From Candidatus Nanopelagicales bacterium (lineage in GTDB: Bacteria > Actinomycetota > Actinomycetes > S36-B12), in the NCBI GenBank assembly GCA_021741845.1, contig JAIOWY010000001.1:1-37750 (forward strand): a stretch of DNA of 37,750 nucleotides, read 5' to 3'. The position numbers were made by a program, and so were the translations under genes. Under the pieces are notes generated by a model. It was not told the DNA's origin and made no database searches. It worked only from the letters and a program-made list of their open reading frames with translations. Numbering within the stretch: position 1 is the first letter of the stretch; each line of letters opens with the position of its first letter. Positions 35,901 to 37,750 of the stretch are shown here, one piece after another.

Positions 35901-36485
35901 GCGGTGCGAGGTGACCGACACACCGAGATAGCGGTCAAAGATCGCTCGCCACGGTCGCAGCAAGGTGTCGGCTCGGTGCGCTGCACCGGCCTGTAGTGCC
36001 TGACCCACTTCAGAATCAGCCCCGAGAAGTGCCACCACCCCAGCGTGATGCTCGGACAGTGCCGACCACGGCAGTACCGGCGAGGTGTGCGGCGCCGCAT
36101 GTGCTGCGGAAACGAGGCGACACAACGACGCCCACCCGTGGGCCCCGGTTGCCAGAAATGTCACGCGCGGATGGGTTTCGTCTACCCACACTCCGCCGTG
36201 TGCTGGGGTACGCCGGATTCCCGCACCCGATATACCGCGATGCTCTGTGCGCTCAACCGCAAGGTCAACACCAAGAACCGGCGCTATTCCTGCAGCCATG
36301 CAGGCGCGCGCCCACTGCACCGCACCATAGAGCCCATTGCGATCGGTCAGGCCAATAATGTTCTGGTCCAGTTCTGCCGCCCGCTGCACTAATGCGTCAG
36401 GGTGGGTGGTGCCGTATTGCAGTGAGTACGCCGAGGCAACCTGAATGTGGGCAAAATAATCTGAACCCGCCATGACTACTGACAC
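32979..36485 (-). CDS. dnaE2: DnaE2/ImuC-like error-prone DNA polymerase III alpha homologue with degenerate PHP domain
   Basis: Polymerase motifs LPDIDIDVES, GLLKLDVLGVR and FCKAHAAAFALPTYQSAWLKAHHP. The N-terminus aligns by eye to M. tuberculosis DnaE2 (AYSFLDG / LTDHDGLYGAV) but reads HIQVASAYSLQYG / LTDRNGLYGAV. The start is either GTG 36485 or ATG 36473. Confidence 0.85.
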   Translation of the reverse strand: MSVVMAGSDYFAHIQVASAYSLQYGTTHPDALVQRAAELDQNIIGLTDRNGLYGAVQWARACMAAGIAPVLGVDLAVERTEHRGISGAGIRRTPAHGGVWVDETHPRVTFLATGAHGWASLCRLVSAAHAAPHTSPVLPWSALSEHHAGVVALLGADSEVGQALQAGAAHRADTLLRPWRAIFDRYLGVSVTSHRADRGHKYSTANAARLLAWARGEKLPVILTNAVRHLTPEQVRVADVLDAARNIVSLDSRHVVRNSGEGYLKSTGDMHHIAAEICQQAGERNPQKLLHDTRHLAEYCVLDPERDLGLGSVFVPELDILLGHPVAEPEREANALLLRRCETEIPHRYTRSDDRAVARYRLEQEMRTITHLGFSGYFLTVAHVVDMIKGRGVRVAARGSGAGSLVNYLIGVSGVDPIAHNLLMERFLTPLRRELPDIDIDVESDRRLDIYQWIFDAFGAERIATVSMMETYRARSAIRDVGMAFSMPAADIDAFAKAFPHIRARNVKSALQDLPELRHSSFGRLASTGELDTFLTLVEALDGLPRHVAMHPCGVLLSDLTLLDRTPVQQGAAGFPMSHFDKHDVEHMGLLKLDVLGVRMQSAMAHALNEAERVTGERPVIDGAPLDDPETFSLIQSTRTLGCFQIESPGQRELIGKFAPETFNDLIIDISLFRPGPVKSDMIHPFLRARQGWNKPEYPHPDLRPALEETYGVVVFHEQVLRTFSVFSGCSLAEADEYRRSMGSPDGQNEVRAWFYPAALKRGYLLEQVDRVWEILRAFASFGFCKAHAAAFALPTYQSAWLKAHHPAAFYCGLLTHDPGMYPKRLLLDDARNFGVPILSLDVNHSADTYRLEEVEGATSVWGIRIPFTDVKEITQEEIDRLIQGQPYSSLSDLWQRARPSRPVAENLVVTGALDSLYGFHEHAGTGRLTRRDLLLQIADLSRTAAVTTAQMSFDISDSVSVTGSGLPEMTVGERVRSELEVLGLDVSSHVMDFYADCLSALAVVQSRDLVQCRSQEEIFVAGVKVATQMPPVRSGKRVVFLTLDDSTGPLDATFFEDAQGPFAHDLFNSWILLVRGITRRTGPRGISLRATGCWDLGTIRKIWRDGGIPAVNDHVRAHPIPDTGAPVKRVALIHASGFRQSPYSAIGVPVTQAPSKLWHRSPGTPGW

Positions 36486-36497
36486 CCCGGAGTTCTG

Positions 36498-36941
36498 TTA
36501 GCCCACGCGCTGTAAACGCGCAGTGCCCACCGGAATAACCGACTGCTCAAGTAAACCGAGCGTCCCGGCAACCTGCGTCAGAAAGCGTTCAGCATCTCGC
36601 ATGAGGTCGTCCGCTTCGCGGGTAGTGACACAGGGAATTCCCGCTTCCGCTGATGCTCGCTTGCGTGCACCCGCAGCGAAGAACTCGGCCCACTCCGTGA
36701 ACTCCGGGGCAATCTGGGGAACTATTTCCCACACACTCCGAATACGGTGTCGACGAGCACCCGGTGTCACGCGCGCCCGGTCCGCGAGCACCGCCGCCGC
36801 GGTGCGCAGTGCCGCTAAGTGGGCTGCGGCATAACGGTCATGGGGGAAAGAAGCATGGAGTGCCTCGCGCAAACTTCCTTGGGCCGCGAATAACAGTTCA
36901 GCGGCCGAGTTCCGTGAAAGGTGAGTAGCTGTTCCCGCCAT
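36498..36941 (-). CDS. Small helical protein, probable SAV_6107-type HEPN-like domain protein
   Basis: 147-aa product. RYAAAHLAALRTAAAVLADRAR .. SVWEIVPQIAPEFTEWAEFFAAGARKRASAEAG .. TTREADDLMRDAERFLTQV matches my memory of this actinobacterial family. Not verified by search. Confidence 0.5.
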   Translation of the reverse strand: MAGTATHLSRNSAAELLFAAQGSLREALHASFPHDRYAAAHLAALRTAAAVLADRARVTPGARRHRIRSVWEIVPQIAPEFTEWAEFFAAGARKRASAEAGIPCVTTREADDLMRDAERFLTQVAGTLGLLEQSVIPVGTARLQRVG

Positions 36942-37000
36942 GGTGTCTATCCCTTCGAGTCGTGCACCGGGTAAAGACCCCGTGCCTGTTCCTGTACTTC

Positions 37001-37034
37001 TCGACCCGAACTCGCTCTCGACCCAAACTCGTTC
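37001..37034. repeat. Tandem 17-nt direct repeat in the leader of the HEPN-like/dnaE2 operon
   Basis: TCGACCCGAACTCGCTC (37001-37017) is immediately followed by TCGACCCAAACTCGTTC (37018-37034); 15/17 identical. Confidence 0.8.
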
Positions 37035-37075
37035 TCACACCTGTGTATTTCTGTTACGTCCCTTGTCTCCATGAA

Positions 37076-37114
37076 CAGTCACCGGGGTCGGGGTCGAGAC
37101 GACCCCGGTGACTG
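37076..37114. repeat. Perfect 15-bp inverted repeat (hairpin) with a 9-nt loop
   Basis: CAGTCACCGGGGTCG (37076-37090), loop gggtcgaga, CGACCCCGGTGACTG (37100-37114). It lies in a divergent intergenic region, so it is not an obvious terminator. Confidence 0.85.
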
Positions 37115-37232
37115 TGATCATGTGGCAGCATGCGCTGCTGTACTGACCTGACCCGCACCTAGCCGCGAATCCAGGACCGGGAGGCAGTTCGACCACCTGC
37201 TGTTCCAGCGAACCGGCGTCCCCGGCCTGCTG

Positions 37233-37248
37233 TCGAACAGATGTTCGA
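37233..37248. promoter_or_regulatory. LexA (SOS) box, perfect match to the actinobacterial consensus TCGAAC-N4-GTTCGA
   Basis: TCGAAC agat GTTCGA is read directly at 37233-37248. It sits just downstream of the minus-strand -10 element below, i.e. over the predicted start of transcription toward the HEPN-like gene, dnaE2 and dinB. Confidence 0.75.
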
Positions 37249-37256
37249 ACAAGTCA

Positions 37257-37286
37257 AAGATAGACCGACCCCCTGACATCCGTCAA
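37257..37286 (-). promoter_or_regulatory. Candidate SOS-controlled promoter TTGACG-18 nt-TATCTT
   Basis: Reverse strand: -35 TTGACG (37286-37281), -10 TATCTT (37262-37257). The LexA box begins 8 nt downstream of the -10. Confidence 0.45.
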
Positions 37287-37364
37287 CCCCGGTGGTTCTC
37301 ACCCGCCCGAACACCCTCATTTATGAGGGAATACCGGTAGAGCCGGTCACTAGACTCCCCTTTC

Positions 37365-37750
37365 GTGAGCGAAACCACCGAGCAACAGTCTGTGATCCAT
37401 GTCCGCAGAACCCTCCACCTACTGGGTGCTCGGGGTGAGGTCCGGCGCCTCGATGACAGTGCCCGTACCGCCCAGGAAGCGGCTGCCGCACTCGGCATTG
37501 AAGTAGGCCAGATCGCCAGTTCCCTAATTTTCCTGGCCGACGGCAAACCCGTCCTAGTGATTGCCTCGGGTAAGCATCGGGTCAACACCACAACGGTTGC
37601 CGCGATTCTGGCCGTCTCCGATGTCACTAAAGCAACAGCGGACGATGTCCGTCAGGCCACCGGATTCGCAATTGGGGGCGTGGCACCCGTCGGCCACCCC
37701 GAACCGCTCCCCACCATCATTGATATTGCCCTGAGTCACTACGACGAAGT
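37365..37750 (+). CDS. YbaK/EbsC-family aminoacyl-tRNA deacylase-like protein, 5' part (runs off the window)
   Basis: GTG 37365 opens VSETTEQQSVIHVRRTLHLLGARGEVRRLDDSARTAQEAAAALGIEVGQIASSLIFLADGKPVLVIASGKHRVN..ATGFAIGGVAPVGH, typical of the YbaK/ProX editing-domain family. It is open to the window end, so it is not in the ORF track. An in-frame stop at 37338 limits upstream starts. TAGACT (37351-37356) suggests a near-leaderless mRNA. Confidence 0.78.
   Translation, partial: MSETTEQQSVIHVRRTLHLLGARGEVRRLDDSARTAQEAAAALGIEVGQIASSLIFLADGKPVLVIASGKHRVNTTTVAAILAVSDVTKATADDVRQATGFAIGGVAPVGHPEPLPTIIDIALSHYDE

Noticed and set aside
37035-37131. Small minus-strand ORFs in the SOS leader (25 aa MLPHDHSHRGRLDPDPGDCSWRQGT; 28 aa MITVTGVVSTPTPVTVHGDKGRNRNTQV).
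   Set aside because: They have no Shine-Dalgarno, overlap the hairpin, and nothing in the sequence suggests coding. They are kept only as a note.
37283-37739. Minus-strand ORFs 37283..37627 and 37554..37739.
   Set aside because: They are antisense to the clearly recognisable YbaK/EbsC-like reading frame.
1-37750. Search for CRISPR arrays, IS elements, integrases, toxin-antitoxin pairs or classic defence genes.
   Set aside because: I found no spaced direct-repeat array, transposase, recombinase or obvious nuclease/ATPase defence pair. The only HEPN-like protein has no adjacent MNT-type partner and sits in a DNA-damage context.

Overview
This is a mid-GC (roughly 55-57% by eye) Actinomycetota chromosome segment. 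It is densely packed and mostly core genome.

Layout, left to right:
- The 5' part of a Lys/Ala-rich basic repeat protein (-), then ileS (+).
- A complete minus-strand division/cell-wall (dcw) region. In transcription order (right to left) it reads mraZ, a 361-nt spacer, rsmH, an ftsL-like gene, ftsI, murE, murF, mraY, murD, ftsW, murG, murC and ftsQ.
- Unusually, a plus-strand pair of bPH2 (YdbS/YdbT-like) membrane proteins then interrupts the cluster, followed by ftsZ, pgeF, yggS, sepF and yggT. No divIVA follows yggT.
- Right of mraZ lies a ~7.7-kb mixed block: DUF3048 lipoprotein, DUF3293, a phosphopantetheinyl transferase, a HelD-type helicase, an orphan secreted protein, two DUF202 membrane proteins, an RDD protein, a hypothetical, a MaoC hot-dog protein and DUF3040.
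- Next come dinB, a DnaE2/ImuC-like polymerase and a small HEPN-like protein, all behind a perfect LexA box.
- The window ends with the 5' part of a ybaK/ebsC-like gene.

I saw no rRNA, tRNA, CRISPR array, transposase or integrase. I do not see a clear-cut novel multi-gene system.

The best candidates for follow-up are:
1. The SOS-boxed HEPN-like/DnaE2/DinB module, which has no imuA'/imuB and a long structured leader.
2. The bPH2 gene pair that splits ftsQ from ftsZ.
3. The mraZ-rsmH spacer, with tandem 14-mers and a candidate 47-aa membrane ORF.
4. The HelD gene with an upstream palindrome.

All family calls rest on motif recognition by eye. No searches were run.
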